DNA of 32,577 nucleotides from the IMG/VR virus record IMGVR_UViG_3300027808_000098, positions 1 through 32,577 of that record; one strand, given 5' to 3'. The notes beneath the pieces were generated by a model that made no database searches, was not told where the DNA came from, and was given only the letters and a program-made list of their open reading frames with translations. Origin of the DNA: a virus. Taxonomy: Duplodnaviria > Caudoviricetes. Every line of letters begins with the position of its first letter. Positions within the stretch are counted from its first letter, which is position 1. Below, one piece after another: positions 8,601 through 17,783 of this stretch. Made by a program: the position numbers and the translations under genes.

Positions 8601-11600
8601 GGTTCATGCTCAACAACACAGGCGTCCCGTTCATCATCGCGGACAAACCTTCGGGGCAGGTGTTCTTGTTTAAGGCTAACGGTGAGTTGATTGAGTTCGC
8701 CCCTGCCCTGTTTGGCAAGGCGAAGGGAGATGTGTTGCCGCACCTCGTCGGGCAGAAACTGACCGCTGAAGAAATCAACGCTACGCTTGACAGTGAAAAG
8801 ATTACCCCTGCAGGCGAATTTACAGCGGTGTTGAGGCGCGGCAGGGATTTCCCGCTTCAACTTAATTTTCAAGATGCTCAGGGAAACGTAGGCGTGATGG
8901 CGATCCATCAGGTATATACGGGAAACATCAAGGAGCGGCGGCTTGAGCGACTTGCCTCGGCTGATGTAACTGACAACAAGGTTTCGTATGGTTGTATCAA
9001 CGTCGGTGTTGATACTTGGAACAATTACATCGTACCTAATTACAGTAAAGGTGCTCGTGTAGGTGTGGTGCCGGACGAAACCGGTGCGCTCGATAAGTTT
9101 ATCCCGCCGCCTGAAGTGACTGTACGTTATACGGTTAGTGAGGCAGGGGAGTCGAAAACAGAAGTTGTAAGTGTTAAAAAGGCGGAGCCTATCTCGGCCC
9201 CTGAACCTTTTGGGTTACCTAGAAAACCACAGCAAAAACAAGATCGTCGCGGTGTTGCTAGGCGAGTTGATGAAAGAGACGACGATGTATCCCCTGCACT
9301 AGAGCCCCGACAGCAGCAGTTGTTTCTCAACATTGCCAAACTCAATGAGAACGCTCCTGTTCTGTCGGAGCAAGCGGGCGAACGCACCCCGTCGTTGCGA
9401 GTTGAATTGAAGAAGGCTAAGAAGGACTACGATGCTGGCGTATTGACCGGCGATCAGTTAGCTGAGACCACGGGTGATTTGCTGCTCAAAACTCAGAAAG
9501 AGCGCATCGTTCAACTGCGCAAGCGTGGTGCAGACTATATCCGCGAACGGCTTATGAATGCCCGACGCAACAATTTTATATCACAAGAAGGCATAGATCT
9601 TGCCGAGTGGTTCATCCGGCAAAACCCGCTACTTGTTGAAAACTTAGGCATCTCGATCCGTAACCGGCCCGAGGAAATGAAAGGTACAGCGGGGTTTTAT
9701 AACCCCATCAGCCGCATCATCACTTTGTTCAAGGGTGTAGTGGACAGCCAAACCGCTACCCACGAGATACTGCACCATCTTGAACGGTTGATGCCCGCTA
9801 ACATTCGCTCAGGCATCCTTAAGGCGTACGTCAAGCAGCTGACCAAGGCAGAGAAGAACGCGAAGACCGATGCTGAGAAGCAGTTCTTCAGTGCTATTAC
9901 GAATTATCATTATTTTTCTACCGAAGCAAATAGAAACGCTGAGTACGAGAAGGCCCTCGATGCTATCAAGAATAGGAAAGTTCCCTCATCGTTCTATCAG
10001 TACGTCAACCCGTCTGAGTTCTGGGCAGTCAACGGCTCGCGTATTGTGCAAGGGCGATACGATATGTCGCCGGGTGTGGTTGGTCAGATCCGTAAATGGC
10101 TGCGCGACTTCCTTGAGAAGGCTAAGGACATCTTCGGCCTGAAGTCTGACGCGGCCATTATCCGTGCGTTGGACAGTCTCGCCAAGGCAGATGGCAAGTA
10201 TCAGACTGATCAGATGCTTGTGGAAGTTCCCGGCTACTGGTCTGTTGAACCTATCAAGACGGGCAAGCCCAAGAAGCCCAAGCCCACGAAGCCCAAGAAG
10301 AGCCTTGATGAGCTTCGCCGGGAAGCTAGCGTTAAGATGATGAAGCCGGGCGTAATTCGACAAGTCATAAACAAACTGACTTCGCCTGAGACCAGTTACG
10401 AAACAATTGCTAAGAACTTTCAGAGCGTTAGTCGTAAGGTCAAGAAACTTCAGGAAGACTTGCGGATTGCGGGCAAGCTTATCTCCGTTGGGGATGACAA
10501 GAACAACATCGAAGATCAAACCAGTATTGCCGCAAACCGTGCAGCGTATATCGTAGCAACGGAAGTTGAACCAGTTGCCAAGCGGCTGCGCGAGTCCTTG
10601 GCGTCTTATGCCCGCGTGATGAAAGGTACTATCAAGGATGCGCTTGAGAAGGCAGATGGTTACCGTATCGCACTTCATGAACCGGAGCGCCGCGAGACCA
10701 AGTACCTTCGCAACGTTCCGCTAAACAACACCACGAAAATGGAGTTTCTGCCGGGCGAGCCTGCTATGACAGCGGCGGATGCCCGTACTAAGTTGGAGGA
10801 ACGCCGTAGCCTTGCCGATACCCCGCAAAAGCAAGAAGCCGTATTAGATATGATGCGGTACCTTGCTGCCAATCATGCCGATCCGCTTGGCTATAGCCCG
10901 GTCAAGGCTCAGTTGGAAGCCAAAGGCAAGGAAGTCCCGCTTGAGATGACGACGGACTTTTATGACGACATCTATAACGTCATAGGTACCGAGTACACGC
11001 AAGAAGAACTAGACGCTACTCGGGAAGAATACGAGGGACTTGATGCTGAGACTAAGGCAGCGGTTGATCAGGTCTTTGCGGACTTCGATGCGTTGAATGA
11101 ACTTAACAAGAACCTGAACCGCCGGGCTAATTACTGGACGGACAAGGTTGATAATGTCATCGGCACGTACGGTTGGAAGCACTATGCTCCGTTCAAGGGC
11201 AACCCGAGGGCTGACAAGACTCTCGACACTGATACTGAGTACCTGAGCGGCGAGTTGTCTGAGGCACCGGAGTCCTTCGAGGGACGCCGTACGGAGTTTG
11301 ACAGCCCAATACTGCAGAGCATCGCGGAGTCTTACTTTGCCGCCAGTCGTGCGGGGCGCGGCACAGACGTAACTCAAACGATTAAGAACCTGATCAAACT
11401 TAACATTATCAAATCTGCCCGGCCCAAAGTGTTCGAGTTCGAGGAGCGCAACGCGCCGAACTTTGACTACAGCCAAGTGCAGGGCCGCGACAAAGTACTG
11501 CACTATAACGAGGATGGCTCGGTTGAGGTCTTCTCAATCAAGGATCCAGACATGCTGGAGGCTATCAAGGTCCCGTATCGCGAGATGAACTTGGTGGTCA

Positions 11601-13543
11601 AGATTGGTAATAATCTGACAAGCCTCTTTGGGCAGCTGCACACCCGCTACAATCCGGCGTTTGCTCCGATGGACCTCATTCGCAATACCATTACGAACGC
11701 GGGGTTGATCAGTGCCCGCGAGGGTGGCAAAGAGGCTCGGGAGTACCTGATTGCGGTGGCTGCGAACGTCGCCCGGCTTCGCATGTATAAGGCAGGCAGG
11801 CTGTCCAACCTGTTAGCAAAAAACAATATTGCGAAGCTGGATGAGCTGGCGAAGACCGACTCCTTCTACCGTGACGCCTTGGAGATGAGGGAGTACGGCG
11901 GTGTTACGTTCTACCGCATGTCGGTCAACATCAGCAACACGATGGAGGATCTGAAAAAGCAGGTCGGCCCCAAGAAGATCCTCACTCAACCAAACATGCT
12001 GGCGCGATGGATTGACGCTTACAACGATGGGTTTGAATTGACGAGCCGCGTTTCTGCGTACACTTTGCGCAAGCAGAACAACATTGCTGAAGCCAAGAAG
12101 AAGGGGCTGAATATCGATGACCCTAAGGTCATGGAAGACATCAACAAAGAAGCTGCGGCTTTCTCGCTGAGCCTGATGGACTTCCGCAAGGTTGGTAAAT
12201 ATGGGCGCGAGATGAGCGCGTGGTTTATGTTCATCCGTCCGGCGGCTACTGGTGCAGTAGATGCAATTGATGCGCTGCGTCCGGGCTTCTTCCTGAAACC
12301 AAAAAGCGCTGTTGAAAAAGGATTTGCTCGACTTGAGCCTGAGATACAGGAGCTGTTTGAGACTCAGGGCTTGGCCGAAGAAATCAAGCGCATTCAGAAT
12401 AACAAGCGGCCTGACAAAAAGAAGATCGCTGCATTGGAGCAGGAGATCGTTGACCGGGAAAAGGCTTTTGATGCGTTTGAAAAGCGTCAGCTGACCCGTG
12501 CAAAGAACGCCCGTAACACAGCTATGTTCACGATAGCGACGGGTGCTGCACTTTATGCTATGGCCGTGATGGCTTCGGGCGATGATGACGAGGGGCGTAA
12601 CCGGGTTCTGACGGATGACATGTCCCGATGGACGCGGTATCTGCGTCTGCCTGTGATCGGCGATAAAGGATTCTTTCAGGTCCCGTGGGGCTTCGGCGTC
12701 AGCTCTTTGGCATCAGCCGGGGCTCAGGTTGCGGCGGCGGCAAATGGGCAATTGTCTTTCCGGGATTTTGCGGGCAACATGGTCGAGATCGGTATGGACT
12801 CGTTCCTGCCTATTCCTACCTCGCGTATCAGTCCGTTTGAGAGCGCCGAGAACTTCGGTGCGTGGTTGCTTGATAGCGCCGCGCCGTCTGTGGCACGACC
12901 ATTGGTTGAGTTTGTCCTAAACGTTGATGCGATGGGCAACCCCATCTACAACTCCCGCTCGGGTAAGTATGCAGACGCCTTCTCAGGCAGCACACGGCCT
13001 TCTGAAATCCATCGTAAAATTTCAGAGTTAATCTTTAATACTACGGATGGAGAGGTTAGTCTTTCGCCGGACAGCATTGCGTTCTTCCTGAACAACTACG
13101 CTGATGGTGTTAATCATCTGGCGGAGAACAGTTTCAACTTGGTTCTTACTTCGATGGGTGACAAGAACTTCGATGCCAAGAAGGACACGTTTCTCCTGCG
13201 CAGCTTCATCGGGCGTAACTCCAACTACGATGCCCGAGAATATGCAGAGGCAGAGAAGGGCATCAAGAAGCTCTCACAGCGGCTCAAGACGTTCGAGGAT
13301 CTGGGTACACTGGAGCAAGTTAACAAGTTCTACCGTGAGAACCCAAACGCCGACATCCTTGTAGACACTTACAACAAGGGCAGCGGGCAGCTCAGTAAAC
13401 TGCAAACCGAGCGCAAGGAGATCTTGTTGGACAGGAGCCTGACCCCGAAGCAGCGCGAAGATTTCGTACAGGACGTTCAGGTAGAGATGAACTACCTCAA
13501 GATGCTCTTGGTCGAAGACTTTAAGGCTTACAGCGGCAACTAA
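5609..13543 (+). CDS. Giant polyvalent virion/ejection protein: YkuD-like L,D-transpeptidase domain, zincin-like HExxH domain, LPD38-like C-terminus
   Basis: 2644-aa uninterrupted ORF. YkuD-like segment FIIADKPSG..TPAGEF..AIH..SYGCINV at ~8621-9075; HEILH at 9761-9775 followed by PSEFWA; C-terminal LRLP..QVPWGFG..FLPIP..APSVARPLVE..N.DAMGNPIY resembles LPD38. Confidence 0.75.
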   Translation: MPRNVTVYFADGSRHEYQGAPDDASPEQIAARAGRDFQGKQIRHLERAPAAAAEATPEVTRNPFMGAVARGAELLGSGIETLGRAGEAIGDVIAEKAPILDTRLMVDREGIRLERRTEEDIRDKNQLQYMQNWADSFRNWGREINYEPSTKLGDLADNPLNAVPFIIERVIASSPDMVAAAAALPAYIPTRANEILNERLKNDGRTLSETTIGDVAAATSAAVVEGTLERFATRRLVKEGAEAATATRRIGKEAGVQAGTEAVEEVGAYAGETVGTQAGFDPRTAGMTALEAAIVGGGLGAGVQGAREVFGDREQAAPKAPPEEAPDTEEDLTPEQLAPKTGRAARPSPVRAKTLDELRGQLPAAPVVPEKARKEKAPVEPREPMVFERIKEPTPEALQEAAEFVAQFPEGSKNFNLFKAKSIAKKLGYENIPQKGVGRVDIEPLLRMAVTPRETIIPAEDKVVGQNAAGEQLYERQDGSQYRMRLDRADRPTGYPDFGGDLAPIEASPKITPPPVAAALPATSVDAAIPQFTAPVDFRHTILTSPSYDLEAVSPEDADFELEVLQQQAERGRLTPQNFAQSEIGVRLDTAQINIINAGLRTDPVGTVKSLREKLKPPAAPTETATLSPVTPAETIEAKAAVEADPAAAPVAPAEKVATPSGLTFTTAKGSTYAVNDDGTTTRSKAARPEQPGEEGLQPTSKRTVYVDKDGAERLSEIQTQGGARKTLRFDDATNSVAVGYLDGKSAGKVERRTVTKFATDPAIGLTPVEYWGDNKTVHFGNEITKVTPPEASSEPVSTRAGEAVAGATAGSPALPVQRGVPAGREATESRVSGVEPARGVAERVDEREEDVSSALTEEATQVLEAAQERPTHTLSESEQELVHNRLSETQKRVIAQEFGQDSYNDVAKRGFLEEVIKGANQGIKAVRARLRGIVRAVIVALLSTGAVFNASAFTNLAPKPMLVASGSTFRTAETVRPVPPAEAAEAMSPAARAVYERFMLNNTGVPFIIADKPSGQVFLFKANGELIEFAPALFGKAKGDVLPHLVGQKLTAEEINATLDSEKITPAGEFTAVLRRGRDFPLQLNFQDAQGNVGVMAIHQVYTGNIKERRLERLASADVTDNKVSYGCINVGVDTWNNYIVPNYSKGARVGVVPDETGALDKFIPPPEVTVRYTVSEAGESKTEVVSVKKAEPISAPEPFGLPRKPQQKQDRRGVARRVDERDDDVSPALEPRQQQLFLNIAKLNENAPVLSEQAGERTPSLRVELKKAKKDYDAGVLTGDQLAETTGDLLLKTQKERIVQLRKRGADYIRERLMNARRNNFISQEGIDLAEWFIRQNPLLVENLGISIRNRPEEMKGTAGFYNPISRIITLFKGVVDSQTATHEILHHLERLMPANIRSGILKAYVKQLTKAEKNAKTDAEKQFFSAITNYHYFSTEANRNAEYEKALDAIKNRKVPSSFYQYVNPSEFWAVNGSRIVQGRYDMSPGVVGQIRKWLRDFLEKAKDIFGLKSDAAIIRALDSLAKADGKYQTDQMLVEVPGYWSVEPIKTGKPKKPKPTKPKKSLDELRREASVKMMKPGVIRQVINKLTSPETSYETIAKNFQSVSRKVKKLQEDLRIAGKLISVGDDKNNIEDQTSIAANRAAYIVATEVEPVAKRLRESLASYARVMKGTIKDALEKADGYRIALHEPERRETKYLRNVPLNNTTKMEFLPGEPAMTAADARTKLEERRSLADTPQKQEAVLDMMRYLAANHADPLGYSPVKAQLEAKGKEVPLEMTTDFYDDIYNVIGTEYTQEELDATREEYEGLDAETKAAVDQVFADFDALNELNKNLNRRANYWTDKVDNVIGTYGWKHYAPFKGNPRADKTLDTDTEYLSGELSEAPESFEGRRTEFDSPILQSIAESYFAASRAGRGTDVTQTIKNLIKLNIIKSARPKVFEFEERNAPNFDYSQVQGRDKVLHYNEDGSVEVFSIKDPDMLEAIKVPYREMNLVVKIGNNLTSLFGQLHTRYNPAFAPMDLIRNTITNAGLISAREGGKEAREYLIAVAANVARLRMYKAGRLSNLLAKNNIAKLDELAKTDSFYRDALEMREYGGVTFYRMSVNISNTMEDLKKQVGPKKILTQPNMLARWIDAYNDGFELTSRVSAYTLRKQNNIAEAKKKGLNIDDPKVMEDINKEAAAFSLSLMDFRKVGKYGREMSAWFMFIRPAATGAVDAIDALRPGFFLKPKSAVEKGFARLEPEIQELFETQGLAEEIKRIQNNKRPDKKKIAALEQEIVDREKAFDAFEKRQLTRAKNARNTAMFTIATGAALYAMAVMASGDDDEGRNRVLTDDMSRWTRYLRLPVIGDKGFFQVPWGFGVSSLASAGAQVAAAANGQLSFRDFAGNMVEIGMDSFLPIPTSRISPFESAENFGAWLLDSAAPSVARPLVEFVLNVDAMGNPIYNSRSGKYADAFSGSTRPSEIHRKISELIFNTTDGEVSLSPDSIAFFLNNYADGVNHLAENSFNLVLTSMGDKNFDAKKDTFLLRSFIGRNSNYDAREYAEAEKGIKKLSQRLKTFEDLGTLEQVNKFYRENPNADILVDTYNKGSGQLSKLQTERKEILLDRSLTPKQREDFVQDVQVEMNYLKMLLVEDFKAYSGN
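8122..9300 (+). repeat. 54-bp imperfect in-frame direct repeat (8122-8175 and 9247-9300)
   Basis: 47/54 nt identical by manual alignment; the copies encode RGVAERVDEREEDVSSAL and RGVARRVDERDDDVSPAL. Confidence 0.9.
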
Positions 13544-13731
13544 CGCATCCGCCAACAACGTACGCCAAGCAGACCGTCCTTGGTCATGGCGTACGACTTT
13601 ACCTTTACACCGGCTATTTTTGCCCGTGTATCAAGGATGTAGGTCATCTCGGCTGGCTTAAGCGTAGGGATAAAGAAGCTGTCCCCTACTTCCATAGCCT
13701 CAAACGGAAGCCACCACTCAGGCTCCGTCAT
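13540..13731 (-). CDS. Small phage protein, putative DNA-binding
   Basis: LPFEAMEVGDSFFIP...GVRCWR motif of a common small phage protein family. Likely start at MTEPEW (13731), overlapping the primase 3' end; the ORF track extends it to 13779. Confidence 0.6.
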   Translation of the reverse strand: MTEPEWWLPFEAMEVGDSFFIPTLKPAEMTYILDTRAKIAGVKVKSYAMTKDGLLGVRCWRMR

Positions 13732-16546
13732 CTTTAGGTTTGTCATAGAAGTCATCAGGCAAGTCGGTGTTGAAGACATAGCAGGATACGGCAGATTGGT
13801 GCGTGCCTTGCTTCCATCCTGTCGTCAACCGCTGACGGCGCACTTCCTTGAGGATGCCTTGTTTGGTCCAAGCTTTCTCGGCAGCAGTGGCGCTAATCTG
13901 TAACCCCGGCTGCGCCAAGTATTTCTGAAGCTCAGTCTTACTAACGTACTGTAACCCAGTATGCACCTCAATGCGTCCTACGATAGCGGTGCGCGGCTCG
14001 CTAATCACTCGGGCATCGTTAAAGATCAAGAACCCTGTGTGATACTTATTGAAGAAGTCAGCGACAAGCCCCTTGTAATCGGTCTCGTTGAGCGTAAAGA
14101 CTTGCTTCTTTATATCAACCATCGTCTTGATGACGACCTTGTACACCCGCTCGATGTCTATGTCGATGATGCCCGCTTCGACCGCAAGCTGCCCGCCTGC
14201 AAAGCAGCACGCAATGACGTTCTCGTAGAAGCGGTAAGCTGCGCTCATGCCGTAGTCTTCCCGGAACCGCTCGACCCACTTGTCAATCAGCAACCGAACC
14301 TCTGTCTCGCCCTTCGCGTAGATATGGCGAATAAACATCGGACCGGCGTGACCGTAGTTGAACCTAAACGGATCCACGATACGCTTACTCAGCTTCGGGT
14401 CGTCGATGAATGCCTGTGGCATCTCAAGCCGGAACTCAATCGTACGGGCAATCTCACCGTCAGGGCTCTTCTTAATCTGCTTTAGCTTGTCGTAAAGGGA
14501 CTGATTAGTAGTCATGACGGCGATCAGCGATGCACCCATCTCGATCTCGCGCTCGGCATTGACCGATGACTGCATGCGTGCCTTGGCCCGGCCTTGTGAG
14601 ATGCGGTGAATTAGCCGCGAAAGGATCTCGCTATCAATGTTGGACACCTCATCAAGCCCAAAGAGTAGGTTCTTGATGGCAAGGTACCGCCCGGTCAGCG
14701 CGTTGTCCGTGGCTGAGCCGTCCGCTAAGCTGATGTAATAGGGGTCACAAAACACGCTAAGCCCTGCGTACATGGAGCCCGTCTTGCCGACGCCCGTTTC
14801 AGGGCTCATATAGCAGATGACCGCGCCCGACGTAGATGTCATACGCATCAAGGGGGAGCCAAATCCTGCCAGAAGGCCAAGCGCATGAAGCTCAAGGCTC
14901 GGGATGTTGAACGCGTTAGCCGACTCCTGCCACTTCTCTAACGTGCCGGTGGGACGGAAGAGCTTAGACACGTTCTTAACCAACGGCGATGTCGCCGCCG
15001 TACGTTCTTCGCCGTTCCGCTGTATTTCCAAGGTGCCTGTTATGAACGCCTCGTAATTTTCTGTCCAACCCATTTGCATACGTATGATCTCCGCTGATTT
15101 GATGTTTTGTAAAAATTCGTTCCATTTACGCAGATACTCCGAGACGAACTTAGCCATCTCGGGTGGAAAGTTTATGCTATTAGACGACAGTAACTCCTTC
15201 ATCTTGTCGTATGCGTAGGCGTACTTCATCGGAAACAAGAACTCTTTCGTAGGGTCCTTGGGCATGATGTATCGCAACAACATGACCTCTCCGTCAGTTG
15301 GGCTATACATCCGCTTGATAGGGAAGAAGTCATTCGCAATCAACTGAAAGGGACGCGACTGTTCGACGTTCCCCTCTTCGTCTACTTCGGCTTTAGGCTT
15401 GTACCAAACTCCTCCGTTGGCTCCTCGTACATAGGGACTGATTGAAACAGGAAATAACGGAATTTCTTCGGGATTCTCAGCGATCCGAACTGAGTCCGCT
15501 TCACTAATCGTTTCGGTTGACGGGGCTTCTTTGAGCTGTCGTCCAAGCTGGATGGGTCCAGACTTCCCGAACTTGCCTTTGAATACGCATCCGTTGCATC
15601 CTGCAGGGTTGAGTTCTTCAAACTTGCCGCATCCGTAGGCCCACTCTGCGTTAAGGGTTTCATTAGCCTTAGTCTCTGTTGCTGCCGGGGTGTACCCCGG
15701 ATGTTTTTGGGACATCAAATGGATGGCTTCCTCGCCATCTACACAACGCACTGCGACGGATAGCCCTGCCCGCCACAACGGTTCCTCCAACGTAACCTGA
15801 TTGACCACGATGTTATTGATCTGGCTGCATCCCTGCCCCGTCAAACTCTTAACAACAATATCGTTGAAGACATACTCGAAGTTGTCGGGCTTGGCGGGCA
15901 AGTCCGGTTCAATTGACGCAAGGATCTCCTCAATAGACGGAGGGATCACGCCCAAGAAATCTTGAATCTGATGAAAGCTGTATTGCCCGAACTCACTGTC
16001 AAGCAGCTTCGTTTCACGCGGCAGATCGGTCTTGTAGTTCAGGGTCTCGGGGCAGCGAAGGACGCGTGCGGCATCCGCCGTAACCGCCATGTCAATCTTG
16101 ATATGGTCGGCGCAAAACTTTTTAAATTTATCTGCGTACCGCTTCCACTCATCAATCGGGATGTCTTGATCAAGCAACCAATACGCATGAATACCGCCGC
16201 CCGAATCCACACGGACAGGCGGAGCAAACTTAGATATCGTGATGAAGTCATCCAATGCAGCAAGAGCAGCCTCTTTACTGTTGTACTTCTTCGGATTGTC
16301 CGGATCCACATCAAGGTCGATGAACAAAGACCTTGAGTACAGTGCGTTGTCCGCCTTGCGGCTGAAGCTCTTAAACGTACTCATCGCAACGAATACGTTC
16401 TGCTCCTGCAACTTCAGTTCATCAACGATCTCAAATAACTCTTCGAGCGTTTCAGCAAACCGGTTCTGAGCGCGGCCCTCTTTAATGCCCATTACACAGT
16501 AAACGCCCTGCGATGGTAATGCCTTTCTGTAAAATTGTTTTAACAT
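13718..16546 (-). CDS. Primase-helicase: N-terminal RepB-like/AEP primase plus C-terminal DUF927-type P-loop helicase
   Basis: LFIDLDVD, VDSGGGIHAYW and DAARVLRCP primase motifs; Cys cluster CGKF..GCNGC; QMGW; Walker A-like ETGVGKT; Walker B LDEV. Start placed at MLKQFY (16546), downstream of the terminator hairpin. Confidence 0.85.
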   Translation of the reverse strand: MLKQFYRKALPSQGVYCVMGIKEGRAQNRFAETLEELFEIVDELKLQEQNVFVAMSTFKSFSRKADNALYSRSLFIDLDVDPDNPKKYNSKEAALAALDDFITISKFAPPVRVDSGGGIHAYWLLDQDIPIDEWKRYADKFKKFCADHIKIDMAVTADAARVLRCPETLNYKTDLPRETKLLDSEFGQYSFHQIQDFLGVIPPSIEEILASIEPDLPAKPDNFEYVFNDIVVKSLTGQGCSQINNIVVNQVTLEEPLWRAGLSVAVRCVDGEEAIHLMSQKHPGYTPAATETKANETLNAEWAYGCGKFEELNPAGCNGCVFKGKFGKSGPIQLGRQLKEAPSTETISEADSVRIAENPEEIPLFPVSISPYVRGANGGVWYKPKAEVDEEGNVEQSRPFQLIANDFFPIKRMYSPTDGEVMLLRYIMPKDPTKEFLFPMKYAYAYDKMKELLSSNSINFPPEMAKFVSEYLRKWNEFLQNIKSAEIIRMQMGWTENYEAFITGTLEIQRNGEERTAATSPLVKNVSKLFRPTGTLEKWQESANAFNIPSLELHALGLLAGFGSPLMRMTSTSGAVICYMSPETGVGKTGSMYAGLSVFCDPYYISLADGSATDNALTGRYLAIKNLLFGLDEVSNIDSEILSRLIHRISQGRAKARMQSSVNAEREIEMGASLIAVMTTNQSLYDKLKQIKKSPDGEIARTIEFRLEMPQAFIDDPKLSKRIVDPFRFNYGHAGPMFIRHIYAKGETEVRLLIDKWVERFREDYGMSAAYRFYENVIACCFAGGQLAVEAGIIDIDIERVYKVVIKTMVDIKKQVFTLNETDYKGLVADFFNKYHTGFLIFNDARVISEPRTAIVGRIEVHTGLQYVSKTELQKYLAQPGLQISATAAEKAWTKQGILKEVRRQRLTTGWKQGTHQSAVSCYVFNTDLPDDFYDKPKDDGA

Positions 16547-16564
16547 TTCAGATCTCGCAGAGAC

Positions 16565-16593
16565 AAAAAAAGGCGGGAGGGCAGCCCCCCGCC
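16565..16593 (-). terminator. Rho-independent terminator
   Basis: On the minus strand a GGCGGGGGG / CCCTCCCGCC hairpin is followed by T7, just after the HTH gene stop. Confidence 0.75.
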
Positions 16594-16610
16594 GAATCAC
16601 ATGACCTAGA

Positions 16611-16922
16611 TTAAATCTTTACCCCTATCATGCTTTCTATATACGCCTTAGCGTCGATGACAGTTTGAGCTGGCAAGTAACCTGACTTCATATCTTGTCG
16701 TACTAGATCCATGAATACCTCAATGGTCTTACGCTTGCTCTCGCGTATACCACCTCCACGGAACCAGTTGTACACGCTGATGCGTGAAGTCTCCAACGCT
16801 TTAGCAACGTATGCCGCCGGAAGGTTAGCCTCCACACAGAGTCTGCCAAGCTGCACACCCAACATGATCGGGTCTGCCTTCTGCAGATTTAGTAGAAATT
16901 TTTGACTGTATGGACGAGCCAC
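16611..16922 (-). CDS. HTH (Cro/XRE-like) DNA-binding protein
   Basis: PAAYVAKALETSRISVYNWFRG helix-turn-helix pattern. Confidence 0.75.
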   Translation of the reverse strand: MARPYSQKFLLNLQKADPIMLGVQLGRLCVEANLPAAYVAKALETSRISVYNWFRGGGIRESKRKTIEVFMDLVRQDMKSGYLPAQTVIDAKAYIESMIGVKI

Positions 16923-16930
16923 GGGCTACC

Positions 16931-17773
16931 TCACTTCTTGTTCCATTCCTTGAGGACATCCGACATGTCAGCCGTAGCCGCCGCCGGGGCCTTCTTCCTG
17001 ACCACTGTAGGATCAGCCGGAGTCTGCGCCGTTTCCTGCGCCGGAGCCTCGCTCTCTTCCGCCTGATATACCGTGAGCTTCACTGCGTCCTCAGCAGCGG
17101 GCTTCTTGCCCTGAGCTTCCACAATAGCAATCACTCCGGGCGGCAATGCTGATGCAGGCGAGAACAGAACACGCGGAGCCTTAGCCTTCGCGTCGAACTG
17201 CATGCGGGTGACCACGTTACCGAGGCTGATGTTATGGTTGCCCAAGTTACGACCGTACGCCTTAAAGGGCCAACGACCGTTATCTTCCTCGCCAAACGCC
17301 GACGTAGCAGGGAGAACCAACTGCATGATGTCACCACCGGGGTCATCGGGTAACACAACTGCGGTACGCCATGACAACCGACAAGCCGAGCCCGTGCCGC
17401 CCTGTCCCGAGCCCTTCACGGACCACTGACAGGTCTCGCACTTGGACGACTGCGGGTTCTTGACCTCCGGGTTAGGGGTCTTGCTGTCGCTCGACCAACA
17501 AGCGGGGCTGGTCTTTTCGCCTTCTTTGAACGCACCGACATAGTAAGTGCGGCTCGGGGTCTCAGACCACTTCACGAAGATGACGTTCATGTGCCGGTCT
17601 TCAATGACCCCGATTTCCTTACCGCCCACAAGCTTGCGGAACGAGAAACCCTTGATAGAGATTCGCTTGCTACTGTTGCCGCTGCCGCCCATCAAGGCAC
17701 GGGTTGCGTCATCTACTCCAAGCTGAACGCCCGCAAGTTGGGTTTTGATACTGTTGATGATGTCATTGCTCAT
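16931..17773 (-). CDS. Putative phage ssDNA-binding protein
   Basis: 280 aa with RISIKG..F, PACWSSD, C..C..GS..G.AC motifs and a flexible C-tail; position in the replication module; AGGAG RBS. Confidence 0.55.
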   Translation of the reverse strand: MSNDIINSIKTQLAGVQLGVDDATRALMGGSGNSSKRISIKGFSFRKLVGGKEIGVIEDRHMNVIFVKWSETPSRTYYVGAFKEGEKTSPACWSSDSKTPNPEVKNPQSSKCETCQWSVKGSGQGGTGSACRLSWRTAVVLPDDPGGDIMQLVLPATSAFGEEDNGRWPFKAYGRNLGNHNISLGNVVTRMQFDAKAKAPRVLFSPASALPPGVIAIVEAQGKKPAAEDAVKLTVYQAEESEAPAQETAQTPADPTVVRKKAPAAATADMSDVLKEWNKK

Positions 17774-17783
17774 AAAATAACTC

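Noticed and set aside
8122-9300. Intein, intron or IS element within the giant gene
   Set aside because: No intein C/S...HN termini, no transposase or homing endonuclease, no terminal inverted repeats; the frame is continuous.
13540-13543. Bidirectional terminator at the convergence of the two gene blocks
   Set aside because: The two stop codons overlap directly and no hairpin with U-tracts was seen.
16547-16600. N-terminal extension of the primase-helicase in the ORF track
   Set aside because: It runs through the terminator hairpin; MLKQFY at 16546 is the more plausible start.
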